A stretch of DNA of 64,000 bases from Rhodothermales bacterium. GTDB taxonomy: Bacteria > Bacteroidota > Rhodothermia > Rhodothermales > Bin80. The stretch spans positions 3,047,998 through 3,111,997 of the forward strand of contig OZ244857.1 of the NCBI GenBank assembly GCA_965220935.1, read 5' to 3'. How positions within the stretch are numbered: the stretch's first letter is position 1; each line of letters opens with the position of its first letter. The notes below the pieces were generated by a model that saw only the letters and a program-made list of their open reading frames with translations, did not search any database and was not told the origin of the DNA. A program made the translations under genes and the position numbers. This document shows, one piece after another, positions 56,356 to 64,000 of this stretch.

Positions 56356-57732
56356 GGGCCTCCCATTTTAAGAGTGGGTTGGCCGATTTTTGGTGCCTTC
56401 TGGATACAAATCAAGTCCACCAAGATAGAAGTAAATTGCATTCTTTAATCGTTCAGGATTTCTGAATCCACGCGCACGGATTTTGATCATTTTGATGCGA
56501 CTATTGATGCTTTCAGCCGGCCCATTACTCACATCTAAAACCACCGCATTGAGAATGCCCCAAAGATGACTTCTAATGGTTTTAGCCACTTTTTTCATCG
56601 GCTCCAGACGACTGCGTGAGAGCCACCCTAACCAACGGTTCCATGCTTTGAGCGCCCAAGTGCGATGTTTATACTTCCACAGCGTCTGGAACACTTCTTT
56701 CATCGCCCAAGCGCGTGCTGTTTTCAGTGCACTGTTTTTCAAGAGACTAAACCGCTTTTTTTGCTTGGCCGACATGCTGGCCCGATTCTTAAGCCAATCA
56801 TACTTTGTCCCTACCAAATCCAGAATCCCCAGTTTCTTTAACGCACGATTCTCCTCTCTGCGAACCTCATCCACCCCAGTTCCAACATATTTAGAGATAT
56901 GAAAATGGTCAAATGCAATCTTGCATCGGGTCTACGCATCCTTGTTGCAGTGATGTAGGCAGGCCACATATCCATACTCACACTTTCAATCCCTGCAATT
57001 TGCTCAGGTGAACAACTATCGTAGTACTCTAATAAACTCTCTATTGTTGGTGACACATGTAACACCGTGCCGATCCGATACAATCGTCACATAGTTGTGC
57101 CCCTTCTTGGACGCTGTCTCATCTACGCAAATATGAGGCACGATCTTCTCTGGCTTGCGCTCCAATCCACGCTTGATTCCACGATCCATAATATGAGCGA
57201 TCATCGTCCAACTCACCCCTAAGCGTTTCGCGATCACTGAAATGCTGGTTGCATCATGCAACCAATCCATCACACAGGCCTCAAAACTGGACGTGAATTG
57301 CACACGAGCATCGGCCCAAGGAACCGCAATCGTAGTCACGCCATGCTGTGGACACTGCACACGGGGCACCTTCGCGACGACCTCCGTACGATAATCACAG
57401 ATATTCGTATGGCGCCATCGTCGCTCTCGGTGATCATACCCCGGACACACCTTTCCACACTCCGGACACCTTAACTCCGCATCCCCCGAAAGCGCTACAT
57501 GGATCCTCGCCGCATAACGACTCGTCTCCTGCTCAATCTCGGTCACCTCCCACGGTGACGCAATACCAATCAAATGATTCACATCCGTTATTTTTAAAGC
57601 CATCTTTTTTTTGATAAGTTGAAGGATAGATAAACAAATCTAAACTACTATAAAAATCCTTACCGAACCTTATTCTTGTTACCCTCGTTTACCCATTTCT
57701 GAAAATATCACCCACTTAAAAAATGGGAGGCC
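56356..57732 (-). mobile_element. ISL3-family insertion sequence (1377 bp) with the 8-bp TSD TATGATTT
   Basis: The IRs are GGGCCTCCCATTTTAAGAGTGGGT (56356-) and, as revcomp ending at 57732, GGGCCTCCCATTTTTTAAGTGGGTG. The direct repeat TATGATTT lies at 56348-56355 and 57733-57740. Confidence 0.8.
56368..57603 (-). pseudogene. ISL3-family transposase split into three frames
   Basis: Track ORF 57016..57603 carries the zinc-finger N-terminus (CPECGKVCPGYDHRERRWRH). ORF 56838..57083 is the middle section. ORF 56368..56874 is the C-terminus (..ESINSRIKMIKIRARGFRNPERL..). Confidence 0.75.
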
Positions 57733-57989
57733 CTATGATTTTATACATGCCCTTGAAGAGAGGCTTGGCCATCTTAACCATCAAGATACAGCCAGATGAG
57801 TGTGTCTATGATGTTACTCTTCACTTAGGTCTGCCCTAATTGTCCAAACTCTTCAGGTAGCCGCATTGGTCCATGTTGGTATAGAGAATGGATAACGATA
57901 CCAATAGACGGATCCCATATGATCAAACATCAACGCGGTTCAGACAACCCCTTTCCGTATCGGTAAAGGACTCCATTTCCATACGGTAC

Positions 57990-58868
57990 TGTGCAACTTC
58001 AAGTCGGTAACTGGAGAGGCTGAATTCCTACACAACGCAATGGTGCACTAGTGGCTATGGTTTTATTCACGGATCATGGAAGATGCTTTCCCTTGTGAGA
58101 ATGGCAGATGACTTGAGATCAGCACACTGGCACGCTGCCAACAAATAGAAGAGCACCCCCATCTGGCTGTGCTTAACATAACCAAGTCCATCAAAGCGGC
58201 ACCAGTTGCCTCATGAACGCGGGAAGGTCTTGATTCTGCACATCAAAGCCTCAACCAGTGCACTGGAGCTATAAAAGATCACCCGTAGCCGTGATGCACC
58301 AATATTTGCCCAACCCAGCCAATAGGTGGGTCTTCCGCTAACACATTCTCCTGGCAATCCAAAAAATCATCCAGTAATGTGCTGAGCTGATGATCTAACT
58401 TCAACGGTAAGCGTGCCCTATCAAAGGTGTCCAATGTTTTAGACAAAGGTAGATTTGAAGCGCGCTGAATGCAATTCTGTGCCCTTGTTTGCTGCTCCTG
58501 TTCCATAAGTGTCAGAAAGGATGCTCAAAACTCATGGACTCGCGTCTGGCCAGATTCGCTATCTGTGAAGCGTCGCCGAATGTCTGGCATCCCTAATGCT
58601 TTGAGCCCTGCGACGTTCCAGTTCTTTTGACTTCAGCGCAGTACTGCGCCATAGGATTCCAGCGTGCACGATACCCCCGATACACACATTGCTCAACGAC
58701 ACATGGACGGTAATGCACGCACTGTCGAAGTTGCTCCAGTGCGGACTCAACCCTTGCTTCACTCTCGGTTGGTGCAAGGTACAACACCTTATCTGCACTG
58801 AGACGATCTGGATGTGCGTATTTGATCACATCATAGGCCCTAGAAACAGGTCTATAGATAATTTGCAA
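57990..58868 (-). pseudogene. IS21-family remnant: IstA C-terminal fragment plus frameshifted IstB
   Basis: Track ORF 58279..58506 has LPLSKTLDTFDRARLP (IstB N-terminus). A minus-strand translation further down gives FDGLGYVKHSQMGVLFYLL and HHCVV.EF..SSYRL (IstB C-terminus). Track ORF 58593..58868 resembles the IstA tail. Confidence 0.45.
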
Positions 58869-59130
58869 AGACCTCTGCTTACTTGTATTGACCGAGCGAG
58901 ATGACCTCGTGCGAAAAAATTGTCAGAGAGTCATCTGCCCCCGACAAACACTACGCCTAGTCTCAGTGCAGAAAGTCCGCCTCAAATTTATAACTGAAAG
59001 ATTTCAGGTAAACAAAAACTGGTATTTGAAGAGCACTTCAGCCTTATACTCTGCACATTCCACCTGTAGCTCTGGACTCCTCAATTAGAACTTTAGCGCC
59101 TGAGCTATCTATACCTTCCACAATAACGCA

Positions 59131-60276
59131 TCATACCATGCTGAGCGCCTGCTCTAAATCTTCAATCAGGTCATCCACATCTTCAATTCCTACCGATAGA
59201 CGCACCATACTATCGCTGACCCCGAGATGTGCCCGCTCCTCGACCGTAAGCGCGCCATGTGACATGGTCGCTGGATGGCCAATCAAACTTTCAACTCCAC
59301 CAAGGCTCTCAGCAAAACTAAATACTTTCAACTGACTCAGAACATCTCTGGTGTGTTGGGCTGAAGACGTATTGAGCATCACGGCCATCATACCACCAAA
59401 ATCTAACATCTGCTTCTTGGCCACCGCATGCCCTGAATCAGATTCCAACCCTGGATACACAACCTGTCTGACACCTGAATGCCCCTCAAGGTATCTTGCA
59501 ATCGCATGTGCGTTGGCGCAGTGACGCTCCATGCGTACATGAAGCGTTTTTGTACCGCGCAAAACGAGATAACAATCCATGGGGCCAGGAATCGCCCCAA
59601 CACATTTGACCTGCAATCGCAAATGTTCTGCCCACTGCTCATCATTAGTACAAACAAAGCCTCCAATAATATCAGAGTGCCCACCAAGGTATTTTGTGGT
59701 TGAATGAAGAATAATATCTGCGCCTAATGTAAGGGGTTTTTGAAGATAAGGAGAAGCAAAGGTATTGTCCACTACAAACGTGGCATTCACCGAATGAGCA
59801 CACTCAGCCATCAATTCAAGGTCAATCACTTTGCACAGAGGATTTGTTGGGGACTCTGCCCATACGACGCGAGTCTCTGGTTTTAAAGTCTTTTCCACAG
59901 TCTTGATGCAACTGAAATCAATCAATGACACATCAATCCCCATTGGCTTTAGTACAAACTTAAAGTATCGGTAGTTACCACCATAGATATGCTCCGAAGC
60001 AATGATGTGGTCTCCTGGGCGTAGTGCACGTAGAATGGCATCCGTCGCAGACATTCCCGAAGCATATGCAATTCCGTGACTAGCACCTTCAAGGTCGGCT
60101 AAGTTCTGCTCAAGGGCCGTTCGCGTTGGATTTCCTGCACGCCCATAATCATAAAGAGGTGAGACATCGCTGGGAGGTTGCCTGTATGTGGATGTTTGAT
60201 AAATCGGAGGCATGATTGCCCCGATACGATCATGTTGATTTTTTCGAGAGTGAACTGCTTTTGTTGCAAAACGCAT
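59131..60276 (-). CDS. Cys/Met-metabolism PLP enzyme (cystathionine gamma-synthase/beta-lyase/gamma-lyase family)
   Basis: It contains YGRAGNPTR...ASGMSA...HSTTKYLGGHSD (PLP Lys). I trimmed it to the ATG at 60276 to avoid overlap with the upstream gene. Confidence 0.8.
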   Translation of the reverse strand: MRFATKAVHSRKNQHDRIGAIMPPIYQTSTYRQPPSDVSPLYDYGRAGNPTRTALEQNLADLEGASHGIAYASGMSATDAILRALRPGDHIIASEHIYGGNYRYFKFVLKPMGIDVSLIDFSCIKTVEKTLKPETRVVWAESPTNPLCKVIDLELMAECAHSVNATFVVDNTFASPYLQKPLTLGADIILHSTTKYLGGHSDIIGGFVCTNDEQWAEHLRLQVKCVGAIPGPMDCYLVLRGTKTLHVRMERHCANAHAIARYLEGHSGVRQVVYPGLESDSGHAVAKKQMLDFGGMMAVMLNTSSAQHTRDVLSQLKVFSFAESLGGVESLIGHPATMSHGALTVEERAHLGVSDSMVRLSVGIEDVDDLIEDLEQALSMV

Positions 60277-60307
60277 TCCTTTAATATTCAGGTGAAAATC
60301 AATTACT

Positions 60308-61537
60308 TTACTGGCTTGCACATGCGCGGGCCTGCTCTGCATGGAGTCTTTGATTGGTCTGCGCATAGGCAATAACCAGTGCATGACATACACTGCGAGT
60401 ATCTTCTAAATCATTCTCCATGAGGCGCTTAGCCATCTCAAGATGTTGAATTGCAAAGTTAAATAATTCGTCTTTGGATTGCCGAAGTAGTGACTGACGA
60501 TTTTCTAAGTGCTTAGTTTCGTTTTGGGTAAGACGACCTTGGAGTGAATCTGAAACTGCTCGATACTTTTCATCCACCCAAACACCTTGGTTCACATAGG
60601 CCGCACCAAGATTAAACCGCGCATTCACATAGGACGAATCCATAGAAACAGCCTCAGAAAGTAGTTTGATCGCCCCCTCGTAATCGTGTTGCCGAAGTAG
60701 CAATGTTCCGTAATTATGTAGAAATATGGGGTTATGTTTTTCCAACTGATAGACCTCTTCAAAAAATGGCCGTGCATCCAGAGTTGCTTCTGACATTGAG
60801 TAGGCATTGAGAAGCAACTTTCGGATTTCTTCATCTTTGGGATAATGACCTCTGGCGACTTCAAGGATTCTAATCATATGACCATAGTGTTCCGGCTGGG
60901 ATTCAGGGTCAGATAATTCCATAGCCATGAGTTCATGGGTACGAGCGAGATAGATAAACAACTCGCGATCTCTATGCCCTAAAGCGATCACCGACTCATA
61001 TGCATCCACAGCATCCTGTGCCATCCCAGCATTATAATAGGCGTGAGCTTCATTGATGAATGCGTCTACCGAGTCTGGACTCATCATTGAAGCATTTCTG
61101 AAGTACCTCGCAGCTGTGCTGAAGAGGTTTGCGCGTTCCCTACCGGCCAACAGACCAGCATCCTTGAACGTTTCCATCGCCAGTGCGAACTCGTTACTGT
61201 ACAATACGGCGCGCTGACGATTCACATAATCAAGATTCCTCTCATCAAGCAACACGGCTCTGGCATAGGCGCCACTTAGTTCTCCTACATAGTCGGTTCG
61301 CTGCGTTTCATCTGAAACACCAGCTAACAACTCAGCAATAATATCTCCTTTCAATACGAGCGCTTCTGAATTGTCGGGGTTGTTGATGAGTGCTTTATTA
61401 ATTTTACTGAGGGCCTGCGGATAATCCTTACCACGAAGATCAAACCTCGCTCCTTCAATGTAGGGGTTTGTCCTGCAACCCGTGGCGATAATAATAACCG
61501 CAATGAGATGGCAAAAACAAGACAGCAATCGTTTCAT
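60308..61537 (-). CDS. TPR-repeat lipoprotein
   Basis: It has the lipobox IIIATGC and several TPR-like A..Y..G..A..Y segments. Confidence 0.6.
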   Translation of the reverse strand: MKRLLSCFCHLIAVIIIATGCRTNPYIEGARFDLRGKDYPQALSKINKALINNPDNSEALVLKGDIIAELLAGVSDETQRTDYVGELSGAYARAVLLDERNLDYVNRQRAVLYSNEFALAMETFKDAGLLAGRERANLFSTAARYFRNASMMSPDSVDAFINEAHAYYNAGMAQDAVDAYESVIALGHRDRELFIYLARTHELMAMELSDPESQPEHYGHMIRILEVARGHYPKDEEIRKLLLNAYSMSEATLDARPFFEEVYQLEKHNPIFLHNYGTLLLRQHDYEGAIKLLSEAVSMDSSYVNARFNLGAAYVNQGVWVDEKYRAVSDSLQGRLTQNETKHLENRQSLLRQSKDELFNFAIQHLEMAKRLMENDLEDTRSVCHALVIAYAQTNQRLHAEQARACASQ

Positions 61538-61555
61538 AGCAAGAATTTTTAAGAA

Positions 61556-62416
61556 CTACAGCCCTTCATCAGCAATGTTTCTATCAGGAGAAGTATATTC
61601 AAATGAACCCCTATACACATAGGTTGATGGCCCTTCTAAAAATACACGCTGTTTCTCCAATCCAACCGTCAACATTCCCCCTTGCATCTCAACTTGGCAT
61701 ATATCTTCTGTGATCATGCCAGATTTTCGTGCAGCATATACACTTGCAATTGCGCCAGTTCCACAGGCGAGGGTTTCATCTTCAACTCCTTTTTCGTAGG
61801 TTCGAACGCGTAACCGCGTCATCTGTGTATCAACCTCAACAAAGTTGACATTTGCCCCCTCGGATCCAAGGTTTCGATCTTTGCGTAGGATTGGCCCCCA
61901 ATACTCTGTGGACACTGCATGAATATCTTTTGTGAAGCACACAAGGTGTTGGGTTCCTGGCCACACATAATGGACTGATTTGAATTGTTCTAATTGATCT
62001 GCCTCTAACACAAACGGGTGGATATAGTTTTTAGGAACATCCAAATAGACTCGCACTTGCCCATGTTCAGGAATAAATACTTCACAATTCCCTGACGATG
62101 TCTGCATCAATACAGACCTCTTATCAATTCCCCGCTCATGAGCAAACCTTGCCAAGCAACGCGCACCATTACCACACATTGTCCCTATACTCCCATCAGC
62201 ATTGATATAGATCATCCTGTAATCAGCATCTGGAATCTCAGAAGGTGCAAGTGCCAAGAGCCCATCTGCTCCAATACCAATTCTTCGAGAGCACACAGAT
62301 TGTGCAAGGGTTGACAGTTCGGAAACTGAAAAGTGATAAAACCGGTTGTCAATTACAATAAAATCGTTGCCAGCTCCATTCATTTTCGTAAATTCAATTA
62401 CTAATGCGCGTTTCAT
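61556..62416 (-). CDS. dapF: Diaminopimelate epimerase
   Basis: It contains FTKMNGAGNDFIVID and the two active-site Cys contexts (GTMCGNGARC, LACGTGA). I trimmed it to the ATG at 62416. Confidence 0.85.
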   Translation of the reverse strand: MKRALVIEFTKMNGAGNDFIVIDNRFYHFSVSELSTLAQSVCSRRIGIGADGLLALAPSEIPDADYRMIYINADGSIGTMCGNGARCLARFAHERGIDKRSVLMQTSSGNCEVFIPEHGQVRVYLDVPKNYIHPFVLEADQLEQFKSVHYVWPGTQHLVCFTKDIHAVSTEYWGPILRKDRNLGSEGANVNFVEVDTQMTRLRVRTYEKGVEDETLACGTGAIASVYAARKSGMITEDICQVEMQGGMLTVGLEKQRVFLEGPSTYVYRGSFEYTSPDRNIADEGL

Positions 62417-62472
62417 GAGGCACTTTTGGTCGTCAACATTGTTAAATCTCACTTCTGATATCAATCAAGGAA

Positions 62473-63414
62473 TTGGCAAAAACTACTTTTACGCTTAATC
62501 ATCCGCTTTTACTGTACGGCACTCATGATGTGCACCTCAAACGAATTGAGTCCGCTTTTCCAGATACTAAAATTACTGCACGGGGAAATCAAATCTCTCT
62601 TCACGGCCCAGACGGTGCAGTAGACTCCATCAAACATGCCTTCTCTGAGCTTGCCTTAGTTGCGGATCGTAATGGGCAAGTCACCTCTGGCGATTTAGAC
62701 ACCATCCTCGCCATGTCAACTACGAACCTAAGATCATCTAATCACGGGGTTGGTGATGTGATCTTATATACACCTGCTGGGGGCATCATTCGAACTAAAA
62801 CTCCTGGGCAAGCTCAGTTACTTAAGTCAACTGTAAAAAACGATATCATCTTTGCTATAGGACCTGCAGGAACAGGAAAGACTTATCTAGCGGTTGCACT
62901 CGCTGTTGCAGCACTCAAAGCACGGCAGGTCAAACGAATTGTTTTATGCCGACCTGCGGTTGAAGCTGGGGAGCATCTTGGATTCCTGCCTGGAGATTTT
63001 CGCGATAAGATTGATCCGTATCTGCGCCCTCTCTATGATGCGTTAGAGGAATTTCTACCGCCCGAGAAGCTTGTATCGCACATGCAAGATCATGTCATTG
63101 AGATCGTACCGCTTGCCTTCATGCGCGGAAGAACCCTCAACTCTTCCTATGTAATTCTTGACGAAGCGCAGAATGCCACCGCCATTCAGATGAAGATGTT
63201 TCTGACGCGCTTGGGCATCAATAGTCGTACTATTATTACGGGTGATCTCACGCAGATTGATCTTCAAGACTCGCGTCAAAGCGGACTTCTGGAAGCAACG
63301 TCAATCCTTAAAGAAATCAGCGGAATTGACTTTGTGTATTTTAGTCACATTGATGTTGTTCGTCATCAACTCGTAAAAGATATCATTAATGCCTACGAAA
63401 AAAGTAACCCATGA
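62473..63414 (+). CDS. phoH: PhoH-family ATPase
   Basis: It contains Walker A GPAGTGKTYLAVA, ILDEAQN and ITGDLTQIDL. The start codon is TTG. Confidence 0.85.
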   Translation: MAKTTFTLNHPLLLYGTHDVHLKRIESAFPDTKITARGNQISLHGPDGAVDSIKHAFSELALVADRNGQVTSGDLDTILAMSTTNLRSSNHGVGDVILYTPAGGIIRTKTPGQAQLLKSTVKNDIIFAIGPAGTGKTYLAVALAVAALKARQVKRIVLCRPAVEAGEHLGFLPGDFRDKIDPYLRPLYDALEEFLPPEKLVSHMQDHVIEIVPLAFMRGRTLNSSYVILDEAQNATAIQMKMFLTRLGINSRTIITGDLTQIDLQDSRQSGLLEATSILKEISGIDFVYFSHIDVVRHQLVKDIINAYEKSNP

Positions 63415-63556
63415 TGATATCATCTCACCAAAATGAGACCCATATTTATGATCCTTGGTAACTCGTTGAAATTCTTCAATCGCTATCTCAAAGACACATA
63501 GTCTCAATTCAAAGGGTTTCCAACGTCAGCACCCCCTTACACGATCTGAATTTAGC

Positions 63557-64000
63557 CTACTCCGTTAGGCCATCCCTCATTTCGGATGCGATTGCTGCGA
63601 CGTATTCATTCGTGCTGAGATCTTCAAGTATCCACTGAGATCCTGAATCCGCTGGAAACTCAATACTCCCCTTAGAAGATCCATGTCGCATGTCAGGGGG
63701 AATTTCAAACTTGGCAAGATTCGTTTTTAGTCCAGTACCGACGGCTTTGACCAAGGATTCTTTGAATGTCCAAATCCTAAGGAAATGATTTTTGCGTTCC
63801 AGCCCATGCAATGAATTAATTTCAGAGCATTCATTGAACCCAAAGACCTTCTGGGCTATCCTAAGATAATCTCTCTCGCGGGAGCCAACTTCCAGATCAA
63901 TGCCCACTTGAATACCTTCGGCAATGGCAATTAAGCCGTGGTTACCGCTATGACTGACGCTGAAATGCATCGTAATTTGATTTTCATTTAACAATGCGTA
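63557..64000 (-). CDS. 4'-phosphopantetheinyl transferase (Sfp-type), C-terminal part (gene continues past the right edge)
   Basis: It contains FSVSHSG, VGIDLE and WTFKESLVKAVGTG. The frame is open to position 64000. Confidence 0.6.
   Translation of the reverse strand, partial: YALLNENQITMHFSVSHSGNHGLIAIAEGIQVGIDLEVGSRERDYLRIAQKVFGFNECSEINSLHGLERKNHFLRIWTFKESLVKAVGTGLKTNLAKFEIPPDMRHGSSKGSIEFPADSGSQWILEDLSTNEYVAAIASEMRDGLTE

Overview
This 64-kb chromosomal window appears to come from a T9SS-bearing FCB-group bacterium (Bacteroidota/Rhodothermota/Balneolota-like). The evidence is two Por/T9SS C-terminal sorting domains and a DUF5683 gene after parB. GC looks mid-40s percent by eye.

The housekeeping backbone is: a CCA-enzyme fragment, rpiA, two MacB/FtsX-type ABC permeases, parA-parB-DUF5683, an alpha-oxoamine synthase plus GNAT-like pair, bacilliredoxin, an NlpC/P60-like lipoprotein, greA, an ExbB-ExbD-ExbD cluster, an FAH-family hydrolase, rplU-rpmA-ppiD, a Cys/Met PLP enzyme, dapF, phoH and a PPTase fragment.

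Roughly a fifth of the window is mobile DNA or its debris. This includes four ISL3-type pieces, two diverged ISNCY-like copies (one carrying a nested IS4-like insertion), IS110 and IS21 remnants, and three members of one IR-bounded family.

Two things stand out:

1. A family of elements has GGGAATTATATA... inverted termini and perfect 8-bp AT-rich target duplications. It occurs in three forms: a TnpB-only element (20730-22125); a 4.5-kb element encoding an IS1595-type DDE transposase, a coupled R-M operon and a 2-TM protein (23202-27696); and a 195-bp MITE that keeps the IRs plus the tnpB 3' end (51591-51785). Two of these split a single giant BNR/LRR T9SS surface-protein gene.

2. A ~12-kb locus (34593-46714) encodes what reads as a chaperone-usher-like (sigma/archaic type) pilus. 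It is built from seven or eight paralogous DUF4402/SCPU-like subunits. It also contains a 1130-aa adhesin ending in the same subunit domain, a recent 0.77-kb tandem duplication and a G10 tract upstream.

I saw no rRNA, tRNA or CRISPR array. All family names come from reading motifs in the translations and from memory, because no searches were run. Many transposase, REase and surface-protein genes are frameshifted. This could be real decay or indel-type assembly error.
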